Source: a virus
Taxonomy: Duplodnaviria > Heunggongvirae > Uroviricota > Caudoviricetes
Strand: one strand, 5' to 3'
Virus record (IMG/VR): IMGVR_UViG_3300031414_000001
Coordinates: 32,001 to 96,000 of that record
DNA length: 64,000 nucleotides
Within the stretch, counting starts at the first letter, position 1; each line of letters starts with the position of its first letter. The translations under genes and the position numbers were made by a program. The notes beneath the pieces are model-generated. The model was not told the DNA's origin and made no database searches. It saw only the letters and a list, made by a program, of their open reading frames with translations. Below are positions 43,691-57,430 of this stretch, in pieces.

Positions 43691-44566
43691 TTAGTGTGGT
43701 TGTTCATCCACATTTATTTCCGTATCTTCGAACGTTACCAAACCAGCATCAATACGTCGAGTAATTTCGACTTCTACAGTATGAGCAAGGTCAGCATCAA
43801 AGTTTGGCATTTCAGGATTCATTACATCCATGTTCATAATCATCCATTCCAGATAATTCATGGGTACATCTTCCATAGCCCAGCCTTTGTGCTTACCAAT
43901 AGTCATAGTACTGTAACATATTGGGGTATTAGCTAGTGATACAACTTGTGAACCAATATCCTTACTGGTATCAATCAAGTTACGTTCGATGGCTATATTT
44001 ACTAAGTGAGAAAGTACCTTATATGTCATATATACATCGTCTTCAGCACTGTGAGGAACGATTTTATGAGTACAAGTCTTATATAACTCAAATTTGAACC
44101 ATAAGAAGCTCAAAGTAAGGTTTTTAAACTCGGTATCTTCAGCAAATAGCTTTTTAGCTAGTTTCAAAGTACAAATCCAGCTATCGTCGTTCTCAAATTC
44201 AGGAACTACCTTAGAATTAAGGTGCTTTACTGTGTTTTTCTGTAACATTCGACGGTCAAACTGCACGTTGTGTCCTACATAGTACTGTTTAAGTTCGAAT
44301 AACGGATAAAATTCAGAATGTTTATCTGAATATGATTCTTCGTTTGCTAAATCTTCAGTTGTAATGAAGTGTACCGCTGATGCTCCAGGTGGAACATCAT
44401 GCGTTGGTTTGAAACGGGTTGTATAATTATAAACGTCATCAAATGAGTCATTAGAACTCACTGGAAACGACGCACTGAACTCAATAATGTCTGAATCGTC
44501 ATCAGTACCAGTTGTTTCAGTATCTAATATCATAACATTATTGTAAAATTTGTCAAGCTCTGTCAT
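43691..44566 (-). CDS. DEDDh 3'-5' exonuclease (DnaQ/ExoX-like)
   Basis: LDTETTG, GHNVQFD, HSAEDD; C-terminal GKHKG...VPMNYLEW domain. Confidence 0.88.
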   Translation of the reverse strand: MTELDKFYNNVMILDTETTGTDDDSDIIEFSASFPVSSNDSFDDVYNYTTRFKPTHDVPPGASAVHFITTEDLANEESYSDKHSEFYPLFELKQYYVGHNVQFDRRMLQKNTVKHLNSKVVPEFENDDSWICTLKLAKKLFAEDTEFKNLTLSFLWFKFELYKTCTHKIVPHSAEDDVYMTYKVLSHLVNIAIERNLIDTSKDIGSQVVSLANTPICYSTMTIGKHKGWAMEDVPMNYLEWMIMNMDVMNPEMPNFDADLAHTVEVEITRRIDAGLVTFEDTEINVDEQPH

Positions 44567-44584
44567 TAGCTTTCTCCAAAAAGC

Positions 44585-44609
44585 AAAAAGGACGCTATAA
44601 GCGTCCTTT
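44585..44609 (-). terminator. Intrinsic terminator, AAGGACGC-stem family
   Basis: aaaaaggacgc-tataa-gcgtccttt. Confidence 0.8.
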
Positions 44610-44611
44610 AA

Positions 44612-45076
44612 TTAATCTAATCGTGCGTCTTCGATTCCAGCAGTTCGAAGTTTAACAATGTTGTTCAACTGAAATGCTTTCATCTCTAACGATTTTACTA
44701 TTCCTAGCAATTGGTTTCGGATATAGGCTACATCTGAAATCAAAAGTGAAATAGCAACAACATCTGGATCACCTTCTACGTACTTTTTACAGTCCGATGA
44801 AGTAAGCTGACGCTTATAGTGTTCAAGAAGTTGTTTAAATTTCTCGGATTCAAGTTGTTTTAACTCAATTTCCAAGACTTCAAGTACTGTTTCGACTTGT
44901 TGGAGTTGGCTGAACCGAAGTTCGTGATAAGCTGGCAATTTTTGAGACAGTGTTTCAATAACACCAGATTGCTTTACTTCACGCCTGGCGTCTTCTAACT
45001 CATTTTCAAAGAAATCGACCATATCGACTATCTTTGATTTATCATCTTTGATGATCCAATGCCATGCTTTAGCCAT
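44612..45076 (-). CDS. uvsY: UvsY-like recombination mediator
   Basis: Follows uvsX; KYVEGDPD, KAFQLNNIVKLRTAG. Confidence 0.75.
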   Translation of the reverse strand: MAKAWHWIIKDDKSKIVDMVDFFENELEDARREVKQSGVIETLSQKLPAYHELRFSQLQQVETVLEVLEIELKQLESEKFKQLLEHYKRQLTSSDCKKYVEGDPDVVAISLLISDVAYIRNQLLGIVKSLEMKAFQLNNIVKLRTAGIEDARLD

Positions 45077-45077
45077 C

Positions 45078-46238
45078 TTAATCCTCTACTACGTCTACAA
45101 TAGTTTCTTCAATATCTTCGACGTTATCTAAATCAATATCTGTACCGAAATCTTCATCACCTTTATCTGCTTCAGTTACTACAGCAACTAATGGATGGCG
45201 ATTAAACTGACCCATAATTAAGTCTAGGCAAGAATTGGTATTCTTTTCCCATGCTTTACGGAACTGTTTGATTTCTTCACCAGTATCAATGTCAACATAA
45301 ACTAGGCTATTACCTGATTTAGTTACTAGACCACGTTTTTCGAACATATCTAATAGACCACTGTAAGGGTTCATACCAGTATTGTAAGGGATTTTGATTT
45401 CCACATCTTCGAATGGTTTGTTATAACGTGTTTTCATGATTTTACATGCCGCACGAATACCATTTACCTGAGATACTTTGTTTCCGTCTTCATCTTCTTT
45501 TAGTTTTAGTTTACGCATTGCCACCATAATAGATGAAGCATATACGAAACCAGCACCACCAGAAACTTTAGGATCTGGATCAAACATATCTTGAGATGCG
45601 TAAGTATGGTTAGTAGCAATTAGTCCGATATTTAAATCACCGAACATGTTTACGCAGTTCGTTACCAATGCTTTAAGTTGTTTAGCTTTACGACCCATGT
45701 CACCTTTCATATCACCATTCTCGAACTGAGCGGTTTCTGTAGGTGTCATTAACATACCGAGTGAGTCAATTACGAATAGTAGCTTTGGACGTTCTTCACG
45801 TGGAAGATCACCGAACTGATCACGATAGTCTTTTACAACATCAGCGATTAGTTTTGCTACGTCATCAATCATCGCAGCGTTAGCTTTGAACATCATTGAT
45901 TCATCAGTATCTACGCCTAGATCTGTTAACCACTTATCATCAAGTGCGTTTTCAGAGTCAATTACGTATGGGTAGATGCCTTGTTTTTGTGCTTCGCGGA
46001 TTACGTTACCGGAAACGATATAAGATTTACCAGCACCAGACTCACCAGCGAATACAGTTACTTTCCCAAGTGGAATACCATTGTGAAATTCACCGCTGAT
46101 AAGATAGTTCAATGCGTAGTTACCAGTACTAATCCAAGTGTCGGGATCGTGAAATCCGATACTTACACCAGTCATTTTCTTGATACTATTTGAACTGTTT
46201 TTGATGATGCCAGCTAAACCAACAGACGTTTTTTTCAT
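45078..46238 (-). CDS. uvsX: UvsX/RecA recombinase
   Basis: TGNYALN, GESGAGKS, DSENA, IDSLG, NHTY, SGG; start set at MKKTS. Confidence 0.93.
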   Translation of the reverse strand: MKKTSVGLAGIIKNSSNSIKKMTGVSIGFHDPDTWISTGNYALNYLISGEFHNGIPLGKVTVFAGESGAGKSYIVSGNVIREAQKQGIYPYVIDSENALDDKWLTDLGVDTDESMMFKANAAMIDDVAKLIADVVKDYRDQFGDLPREERPKLLFVIDSLGMLMTPTETAQFENGDMKGDMGRKAKQLKALVTNCVNMFGDLNIGLIATNHTYASQDMFDPDPKVSGGAGFVYASSIMVAMRKLKLKEDEDGNKVSQVNGIRAACKIMKTRYNKPFEDVEIKIPYNTGMNPYSGLLDMFEKRGLVTKSGNSLVYVDIDTGEEIKQFRKAWEKNTNSCLDLIMGQFNRHPLVAVVTEADKGDEDFGTDIDLDNVEDIEETIVDVVED

Positions 46239-46296
46239 ATTATCTCTCCATGAAATGAAATCGGGGCAAATCCTTTGCCCCAATAAATTTAACTAA

Positions 46297-47343
46297 TTAG
46301 TTACCGCTTTTAGCCTTTAGCTTAGCTACTAGATCTGCTGGAGATAGTTTCTCTTTTGGTGCTGCTTCGGTTGAAGCTGCTGGAGTCTCTACTTTCGCAG
46401 TTTCAGTTACTACTGGCTTGCTTTCTACTACTGGTGCTGTTTTAACAGGTGCAGTTGTAGTAGCTGCTGGTACTGAAGTTGGAGTGTCTGTGGTAGAACC
46501 AGTTGCTGGTTTCTGAACACCTGCTGGACGATAGAATGCCGCCCAACGTGCTGGATCATATGCTTCGCCGTTTACGGATGCTTCGAACATCTCTTTGATA
46601 GCGATTAGTTCCTCTGGAGTTGGCTGTTTAGGCATGAACTCGCTAAGGTTGAATAGACCATATGTTTCTACAGCGGTGCGTTCGTCTTCGTTTAGTGGAC
46701 GCTCGGAGAATTTGAACTGAGATGCGTCATAGTTGTTGAATCCACCAGCGTTTTTAGACTTGATCACACGGAAATCACGACCATGTTCAAAATCGGTTGG
46801 TAGTTCTTCTACATCAGGGTTCATTAGGATTGATTTGATCTTTTCGAACAAATCTTTGTTCACTAGAACGCGACGGATTGGGTTCTCTGGAGCGTTGTCA
46901 TCTTTGACTTCTACAGAGTTTGGAGCTACTAGGCATTGGAATAGATAAGATTTCTTTTTCCAGTACTTAGAGGCTTGTTTAGAAAGATCTTCGTTTCCAG
47001 TTTCTTTAGCGATTTTATACCACTGACGAATCTCGGTAAGAATCGGGCAAGAATTTGCTACCCACATTTCGTTACAAGGTACTTGTAGACGCACTTTATC
47101 AGTGTGTACACCTTTAACGCCGTTGAATTCGAGATTAATCATCTCACGTTCACGCCAGAAGTACTGGTTATTGTGGTCGCCGTCTGGAAGAAAGCGTAGG
47201 TTAAGATCAGCATTCTCTGGAATGTTCCAGAAAGCTAGGAATGCATCCGGTTGGCGTTCGCCAGTGAATGTTCCGTTTTTTACTGCGTCTTGTTTTGCTT
47301 GTTCTGCTGCTAATAGAGCACGAATTTCTGCTAATGATGCCAT
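46297..47343 (-). CDS. 32: Single-stranded DNA-binding protein (T4 gp32-like)
   Basis: LRFLPDG, CPI, DFEHGRDF.VIK, NYDASQF; position upstream of uvsX. Confidence 0.85.
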   Translation of the reverse strand: MASLAEIRALLAAEQAKQDAVKNGTFTGERQPDAFLAFWNIPENADLNLRFLPDGDHNNQYFWREREMINLEFNGVKGVHTDKVRLQVPCNEMWVANSCPILTEIRQWYKIAKETGNEDLSKQASKYWKKKSYLFQCLVAPNSVEVKDDNAPENPIRRVLVNKDLFEKIKSILMNPDVEELPTDFEHGRDFRVIKSKNAGGFNNYDASQFKFSERPLNEDERTAVETYGLFNLSEFMPKQPTPEELIAIKEMFEASVNGEAYDPARWAAFYRPAGVQKPATGSTTDTPTSVPAATTTAPVKTAPVVESKPVVTETAKVETPAASTEAAPKEKLSPADLVAKLKAKSGN

Positions 47344-47425
47344 TTTGATTTCCTTATCAATTTGTTTCTTTGTTACTAAGTTTTGCTTCTTTGTTTGTCA
47401 TTGGCTCCTTGCCGCTGACATTTCT

Positions 47426-47454
47426 ATTATACCACAATTTCTTGTGGCGTTTCA
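47426..47454 (-). promoter_or_regulatory. Phage middle-type promoter TGAAAC-N17-TATAAT (proximal, gp32)
   Basis: 13-copy motif. Confidence 0.8.
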
Positions 47455-47511
47455 TCTTTTTTCCGTTTTTTCGTCACGGTTGACTATCCAAGTTTTCGCT
47501 TGGTTATGAAC

Positions 47512-47540
47512 ATTATACCACAAAAGGGTATAACGTTTCA
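47512..47540 (-). promoter_or_regulatory. Phage middle-type promoter TGAAAC-N17-TATAAT (distal, gp32)
   Basis: 13-copy motif; TAAATA directly adjacent at 47543-47548. Confidence 0.8.
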
Positions 47541-47568
47541 TCTATTTATCGAACAGGGTTGGGAGCTT

Positions 47569-48870
<1,302 letters not shown>

Positions 48871-48893
48871 TCAAATCTGTATAGATGTATTTA

Positions 48894-51234
<2,341 letters not shown>

Positions 51235-51244
51235 AATCTTCCTT

Positions 51245-51270
51245 AAAAAGTACTGCCAATAGGCAGTACT
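51245..51270 (-). terminator. Hairpin/terminator with AGTACT in both arms
   Basis: agtactgcc-aata-ggcagtact followed by a T-run on the minus strand. Confidence 0.6.
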
Positions 51271-51278
51271 ATATCCAT

Positions 51279-51778
51279 TTATAGTTGTTTTAACGTATAA
51301 GTTACATCCATATAGGACTTAAATGGCCCATATAGTGCTTCTGTATTGTTTCTTTCATTATAAATGTCCACACTAAGGGTTAAACGTGGCAAATATGTTC
51401 CGTTTTCCCCTCGAACAAGCCACCATCCAGGATAAAAACGCTTTTTAGAGCGTTGACTCTTACGAAAAGAGCCTATTCCTAGTGGATCATCGTTCTGAAT
51501 GTCGATAATGTTGTCAGTATCGTTAATAGGATACTCACCCAAGGCTTTTGATGTATTAGTACTGTCAGTTACTTCAATTTCAGCATAAGTAAATTCTTCA
51601 CCTAATGCTTCTTCGAGTTCTTTAATGTTACTGAACTTCAAAGCACCCTCTGAAGTAAAGAACTCAATACCAGTACGCTCAGTAGTACCTTCATCGTAAT
51701 TCACTAGAATACCCATCTTGTCACCAGTATTGGTTTCAACAATGAATGAGTACTCAGTTAGAATTTTTAAAATAGCCA

Positions 51779-51779
<1 letters not shown>
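51279..51779 (-). CDS. Hypothetical protein
   Basis: 166-aa ORF. Confidence 0.7.
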
Positions 51780-52792
<1,013 letters not shown>

Positions 52793-52794
52793 TC

Positions 52795-52823
52795 ATTATA
52801 CCACATTTTCCAAGGTGGTTTCA
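52795..52823 (-). promoter_or_regulatory. Phage middle-type promoter TGAAAC-N17-TATAAT
   Basis: 13-copy motif. Confidence 0.8.
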
Positions 52824-52954
52824 CATAAGAAATAAATAGTTGCATATAAACATTTTGATTAAATTTTTTACGTTATTAATAGTAACGAAAAGGATTTGAT
52901 AAATAACATTAAGCAGGTCAGTGTACCTGCACCAAATTAACAAGGAGATTTCTT

Positions 52955-53515
52955 ATGAGTCTTAATTCTTTTGATCGTAACTATGGTATGTCTGCTAATA
53001 GTCGCGAGTTTTGGGGTGGTGATAACGGTTTCGTAACTGTTGTTATTACTCTACCTACTGATGTAGAAATCGGTGTTTCAACTGTTGCTTTCGACGGTAC
53101 TGAAGCTGGTGATAACGCTGCTCAAACCGCTCTATCTGCTGCTGAGAAAAACCAATTCATCATCGCTCAAGCTCTTGCTCAACGTGCGGTTCTAGTAACT
53201 ACTTCCGCTTTGTCTACTGATGTTGATCCTACTGTTTCTGGTTTTGAAACTGTTGGCGGTAATGTTATCGCTTTCGGTAAATCCGGTACTCTAGCTGATG
53301 GTTCTTTCGGTATTACTTACATCGTTGAACGTCAAGACGTGTTCACAAAACAAGATGGCAAACCAGGTTCTACCTACGCTCTAGTAGTTGATCCTACTGT
53401 TGAAATCGCTACCAATCTAGCACAAGCTGGTGTATTCCAGAAGAAAGACGGTACTCCTGCTCTTGCTGCTGCTGTTGGTATCAAAGTGTTCAAAGCACTT
53501 CCAGTACTACTATAA
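52955..53515 (+). CDS. Abundant virion structural protein (decoration/fibre-like), paralog 1
   Basis: Strong codon bias, AAGGAG SD, TAAATA at 52900-52905. Confidence 0.65.
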   Translation: MSLNSFDRNYGMSANSREFWGGDNGFVTVVITLPTDVEIGVSTVAFDGTEAGDNAAQTALSAAEKNQFIIAQALAQRAVLVTTSALSTDVDPTVSGFETVGGNVIAFGKSGTLADGSFGITYIVERQDVFTKQDGKPGSTYALVVDPTVEIATNLAQAGVFQKKDGTPALAAAVGIKVFKALPVLL

Positions 53516-53533
53516 TTTCAAGGAGAATAAAAT

Positions 53534-54190
53534 ATGTTAGAACGTATTAATGGTTTCTCCGAATCTGGAGTACTAGGTTATTTCTATGGTAAGAACGCTC
53601 TAGTTTCTATCGCTATCGGCGGTGCTTCAAACGTAGTTGTTAAGGTTACAGGTGCTGTAGCATCATTCGTTGAACTACAACGTTTCCTAAACACTGAAGA
53701 TGTTGATGCAATCGTAGAATTCCTAAACGACAAAGGTGTTGTTCGTGTTGATGGTACTGCTTTCGTAGCTGTATCTCTAGAAGCTGACTACACCGCTGCT
53801 TATGCTGCTCAGACTAACGTTAAACGTGTGATTGACATTGTTCAACAACGTGCGGTTGTTCTAAGTACTTCCTTGACTGCTCAAGGTGTTGCTGTAGCTG
53901 GTTTCCGTAATGCACCATCAGGTGTTACTGCTGCTGCTTCTGTAGCTGCTTCAAACGTTATTACTTTCCTAGTAGAACGTGCGAATGTGTTTGATAAAGA
54001 CCTAGTAACCTTCCAAGGTGTTCCAGCTAACCAAATCGACGAAGGTCGTCTACTAATTGATGATCTAACTGGTGTTCCAATGCTAACCAGTACTGGTACT
54101 GAAGTAATTCTTGCTTCTTCCGCTACTGCTGCTGCCGCTGGTAACTTCGCGATTAAAGTATACAAAGCTATCCCAGCATTGTCTATCTAA
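53534..54190 (+). CDS. Abundant virion structural protein, paralog 2
   Basis: Shares QRAV, IT(Y/F)(I/L)VER..VF.K and IKV(F/Y)KA.P with paralog 1. Confidence 0.65.
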   Translation: MLERINGFSESGVLGYFYGKNALVSIAIGGASNVVVKVTGAVASFVELQRFLNTEDVDAIVEFLNDKGVVRVDGTAFVAVSLEADYTAAYAAQTNVKRVIDIVQQRAVVLSTSLTAQGVAVAGFRNAPSGVTAAASVAASNVITFLVERANVFDKDLVTFQGVPANQIDEGRLLIDDLTGVPMLTSTGTEVILASSATAAAAGNFAIKVYKAIPALSI

Positions 54191-54202
54191 TAAATCAAAA
54201 CG

Positions 54203-54234
54203 AAAAAAGGACGCTTTATGCGTCCTTTTTTTTT
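54203..54234. terminator. Bidirectional terminator, AAGGACGC-stem family
   Basis: aaaaaaggacgc-tttat-gcgtcctttttttt between convergent genes. Confidence 0.85.
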
Positions 54235-54958
54235 ATTCGTAGATTTTGAAATTAGGATCAATAGAACCAGTCTGTTGATTCATTTCGTCGTTTACGCTTG
54301 TTAGCTTTGTGTCATAGTCACCGCTATAATCTTCTGTTGCTAACTTCCGACCCCAATCTTTAATAAAGTTGTCGATAATCTCATGTTCATCATTACCTGG
54401 ATGACCTTCAGCACGTAACTTTTTCCAGAAATGTTCATTATAATCGAAAATCATACTAAGTTCATTACTTTCCTCGTTGAACTCAACATCAAATGCGAAC
54501 CAAGGCTCACGCTTAAATGTTGCTAATTCTTTCTCGTATTCGTTCTGAGTAATTTCTTCGTACTTTAATGCGTATTTCAAAGCTGCTACGTACTTCTTAT
54601 CTTCATCCTTGATTAGTTCAACGATTTGTTTATCGTATTCCTTTTCATCAATTTTGTGGAACTGAAGATCCAACTCCAACTTTTTCAGTACTACAGTGTC
54701 TTTTCCAATCACTGCGTGTTTGAATTCCAAATCAACTTTATTCACTTCAAATTCATACTCAGTGAATTCTCCATGATTGTATCGAATTTCATTTTTAGCT
54801 ACGTCGCGGTCATGAAGTGTGAGATATAAAATATCCGCACGTTTCAAGTCAGCTTCTAAGCCTTCAAAATGAAAATCAATTAACGCAAGCTCTTTAGCTT
54901 GACCTTTTAGACCCCAATGTGAAGGGTAAATCCAGAATGGTATAATTCTTTTAGCCAT
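54233..54958 (-). CDS. Hypothetical protein
   Basis: Start set at MAKRII; charged helical ORF. Confidence 0.7.
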   Translation of the reverse strand: MAKRIIPFWIYPSHWGLKGQAKELALIDFHFEGLEADLKRADILYLTLHDRDVAKNEIRYNHGEFTEYEFEVNKVDLEFKHAVIGKDTVVLKKLELDLQFHKIDEKEYDKQIVELIKDEDKKYVAALKYALKYEEITQNEYEKELATFKREPWFAFDVEFNEESNELSMIFDYNEHFWKKLRAEGHPGNDEHEIIDNFIKDWGRKLATEDYSGDYDTKLTSVNDEMNQQTGSIDPNFKIYE

Positions 54959-55250
54959 TTTTCTTCCCAAATATATCACCAATTTTCATAACATAGAAGT
55001 TTTTATTATCATCTTCTAGTGGCATATTTAGTGAAGATTTTCCAAAAACAACAGTGTCGCCAACTTCGAGGTTATGTTCCTCACGTGTACCATCATTCAA
55101 TACACGTCCTGGACCAACTGTAATAACAGTACCAGTACATGGCGGCTCAACTTTAGTGAGGATTAATCCACCTGAGCTTTTGGTTGTATTGTCGATTAGT
55201 TCAACAATAACGTAATCATTAATTGCTTGTAAACTCATATTTGACTCCAT
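54951..55250 (-). CDS. groES: GroES-like co-chaperonin (copy 2)
   Basis: LQAINDYVIV, KSSGGLIL, GTVITVGPG, LEVGDTVVF, DIFG. Confidence 0.88.
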   Translation of the reverse strand: MESNMSLQAINDYVIVELIDNTTKSSGGLILTKVEPPCTGTVITVGPGRVLNDGTREEHNLEVGDTVVFGKSSLNMPLEDDNKNFYVMKIGDIFGKKNG

Positions 55251-55256
55251 TCAAAT

Positions 55257-55466
55257 TTAGTATCGTCCAGTGGTGTTGAACCAGTTACCCTTGTACCTAA
55301 AGGTTGTTCCTTTATCTCCAGGGGTAAAAAGTTCTAGTTTCATGCACTGTTCCGTACCGCACTGTTCGCAATCATAAGTCATCTTTTCTCGATCATCATA
55401 TTTGACAATCTTATCAATGCTATGTTGACAGTCTTCTTTTTCGCAACGGTATGTATATAGTGGCAT
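55257..55466 (-). CDS. FmdB-family zinc-ribbon protein
   Basis: MPLYTYRC..C...CEQCG...FRYKGNWF. Confidence 0.8.
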   Translation of the reverse strand: MPLYTYRCEKEDCQHSIDKIVKYDDREKMTYDCEQCGTEQCMKLELFTPGDKGTTFRYKGNWFNTTGRY

Positions 55467-55478
55467 GTTTGTATCCTT

Positions 55479-56093
55479 TTAAACAGTAATTTTTCTTGAT
55501 TCTTCTAGTGCTTTGTAATACGCTGCTTTAGCAATCGGATTAGATTCAATAACACTTAGTGCGTCTTCATTCGGCACACCAGCAAAGATTTGTTGTGTAC
55601 TATTTACTGTCTCAAAACCTTGACGTACTTCGTGAAGTGTACGAGGGAAGAAGTTCATGAAAGAACTATCAACTGATACGTTCATGTATTCTAGTCCACT
55701 TACAGATTCAGTGTGAACGTGACCGTGGATATTCTTTTTACCACGTAGTTCTTCAGGATGAATCGGTGAGTGTGACAACCAGAATTCTTTGTACTTCATT
55801 AATGCGTGTACTTCATCAAACGTTTCACAAAGTTTCTTAGTACTGATGTATTCTGAACAGTGATTACCAAGAATCAGAATTTTAGTACCAGGAAGTTCTT
55901 TGAAGAATGGTAGATACTTTTCATCAAAGACAGCATCGCCTAAGATAAACATAGTATCACGTTTTGTACAGGTTTCAGCGAGGATGTATTGAAAGTACAA
56001 GTCATTATGTAGAGTACTTTCAAAGACTGGACGGTATTTCCAGATATTTTTGTGACCCATATGGGTATCAGCGATAAAACGAGGGGTACTCAT
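55479..56093 (-). CDS. Calcineurin-like metallophosphoesterase
   Basis: ADTHMGH, LGD, GNH, SH.P, HGHVH; start MSTPR. Confidence 0.88.
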   Translation of the reverse strand: MSTPRFIADTHMGHKNIWKYRPVFESTLHNDLYFQYILAETCTKRDTMFILGDAVFDEKYLPFFKELPGTKILILGNHCSEYISTKKLCETFDEVHALMKYKEFWLSHSPIHPEELRGKKNIHGHVHTESVSGLEYMNVSVDSSFMNFFPRTLHEVRQGFETVNSTQQIFAGVPNEDALSVIESNPIAKAAYYKALEESRKITV

Positions 56094-56140
56094 AATAATT
56101 TTCCAAATAAGAAAAGGGAACCGAAGTTCCCTTATATAAA

Positions 56141-56872
56141 TTAGCAACCACTTACGTAGATGCTATAAACAGCGATACCAGTATCAACAGTTACGTTCAT
56201 CATACCAGTTTTGGTGAATCCCATTGTCTTAGATTCAGCACTGGATACGCGGTTCAGTGCTTGGAATACACGATCAATTGGATAACCGTAACCTTTGGTT
56301 AGATCACCTTCAGTTTTAGAGAACTGTAGGGTTCCTGTATGGTTGTTTTTATTCTTTTCACCAACGTAGAAGTATAAGCTGTCGTCCTCAGTGTAGGGAG
56401 TGACTAAAGCAGAGAAAGATTTAAACACGCCTGAGAAGCTTTTTAGTTCATTAACCTTTGCGGCACTAGGTGTAACCTGTACATCATATGGTTGGTCAGT
56501 GAATCGTGGTTGGTTCGGAATATATTTTTCCGCAACTACTAGATAGTTGGTATTTGCTTCGTCGGAATTGAAGGTCAGGCTTTTAACAACACCATCTTTC
56601 GCATTCACGCCGATTTTAGTACTTTCAGTCTTATAGACATTCAGGTTTAGTAGACCTTGAAGCATTCCAAGATTACCAATACCGAAACGACCTACAACTT
56701 CAGGTACGTCTTCTTTAGTATATGCTCGCATAACTAAATTTTTGTCAGAAGTATAAGCTTCCATATAAACACGTTGGCCTTCGCCACGATCTTCGCTTGA
56801 AATAGCGATACAATCAAAGTCAATTCCAGCGGTGGTGTTTACCAGGTCGCGTAGTACGTCACGTAATTCCAT
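56141..56872 (-). CDS. 45: Sliding clamp (T4 gp45-like)
   Basis: FGIGNLGML motif, two-domain size, position near the polymerase. Confidence 0.65.
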   Translation of the reverse strand: MELRDVLRDLVNTTAGIDFDCIAISSEDRGEGQRVYMEAYTSDKNLVMRAYTKEDVPEVVGRFGIGNLGMLQGLLNLNVYKTESTKIGVNAKDGVVKSLTFNSDEANTNYLVVAEKYIPNQPRFTDQPYDVQVTPSAAKVNELKSFSGVFKSFSALVTPYTEDDSLYFYVGEKNKNNHTGTLQFSKTEGDLTKGYGYPIDRVFQALNRVSSAESKTMGFTKTGMMNVTVDTGIAVYSIYVSGC

Positions 56873-56902
56873 TTGTTAATTCTCCATGTTGTTAACGGGT
56901 AC

Positions 56903-56931
56903 ATTATACCATATAATTTCTACCCGTTTCA
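56903..56931 (-). promoter_or_regulatory. Phage middle-type promoter TGAAAC-N17-TATAAT
   Basis: 13-copy motif; -10 flanked by inverted repeat aacgggta/tacccgtt. Confidence 0.8.
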
Positions 56932-56938
56932 TCTTTTT

Positions 56939-57415
56939 TTAAACGTTTCTTGTTGGTGTGGTGTTTTGAGCAATCACACTAAGGTAATCAACCATTTCTT
57001 TATTGGATGAATTTGATAAGAATCCAGTACCAGAATAAGAATTACCATCACCACTTACTGTAGTACCTTTATATTGCATCCAAGACGCATCTCCAGTACC
57101 TGTACCATAAGTATACAGTGGTTTTTGCTCGTTGTAGTACCAGATACCAGGATCTGGACGACCAAACGGATAAGATTTATCATTGTAAGGCCAAGATGTT
57201 TCTTTCTTTGGAACTTCTACAATTTTGATTACTTCTTTCGTTTTTTGTTCGATCTTAAACAGGGCGACGATTTTATCGCCCTCTTTAATAGATCCAACCT
57301 TTGTAAAACCAGCAGCAGTTAGTACATCTTCTTCATGTTTACTTTCAGCACGAATAATATCGTGCTTACCGTTAGAAAGAAGTGCTTCACCAATGCGTTC
57401 ATAAATGTTAGACAT
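56939..57415 (-). CDS. Hypothetical protein
   Basis: 158-aa ORF. Confidence 0.65.
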   Translation of the reverse strand: MSNIYERIGEALLSNGKHDIIRAESKHEEDVLTAAGFTKVGSIKEGDKIVALFKIEQKTKEVIKIVEVPKKETSWPYNDKSYPFGRPDPGIWYYNEQKPLYTYGTGTGDASWMQYKGTTVSGDGNSYSGTGFLSNSSNKEMVDYLSVIAQNTTPTRNV

Positions 57416-57430
57416 ATTTTTTATCCTTTA

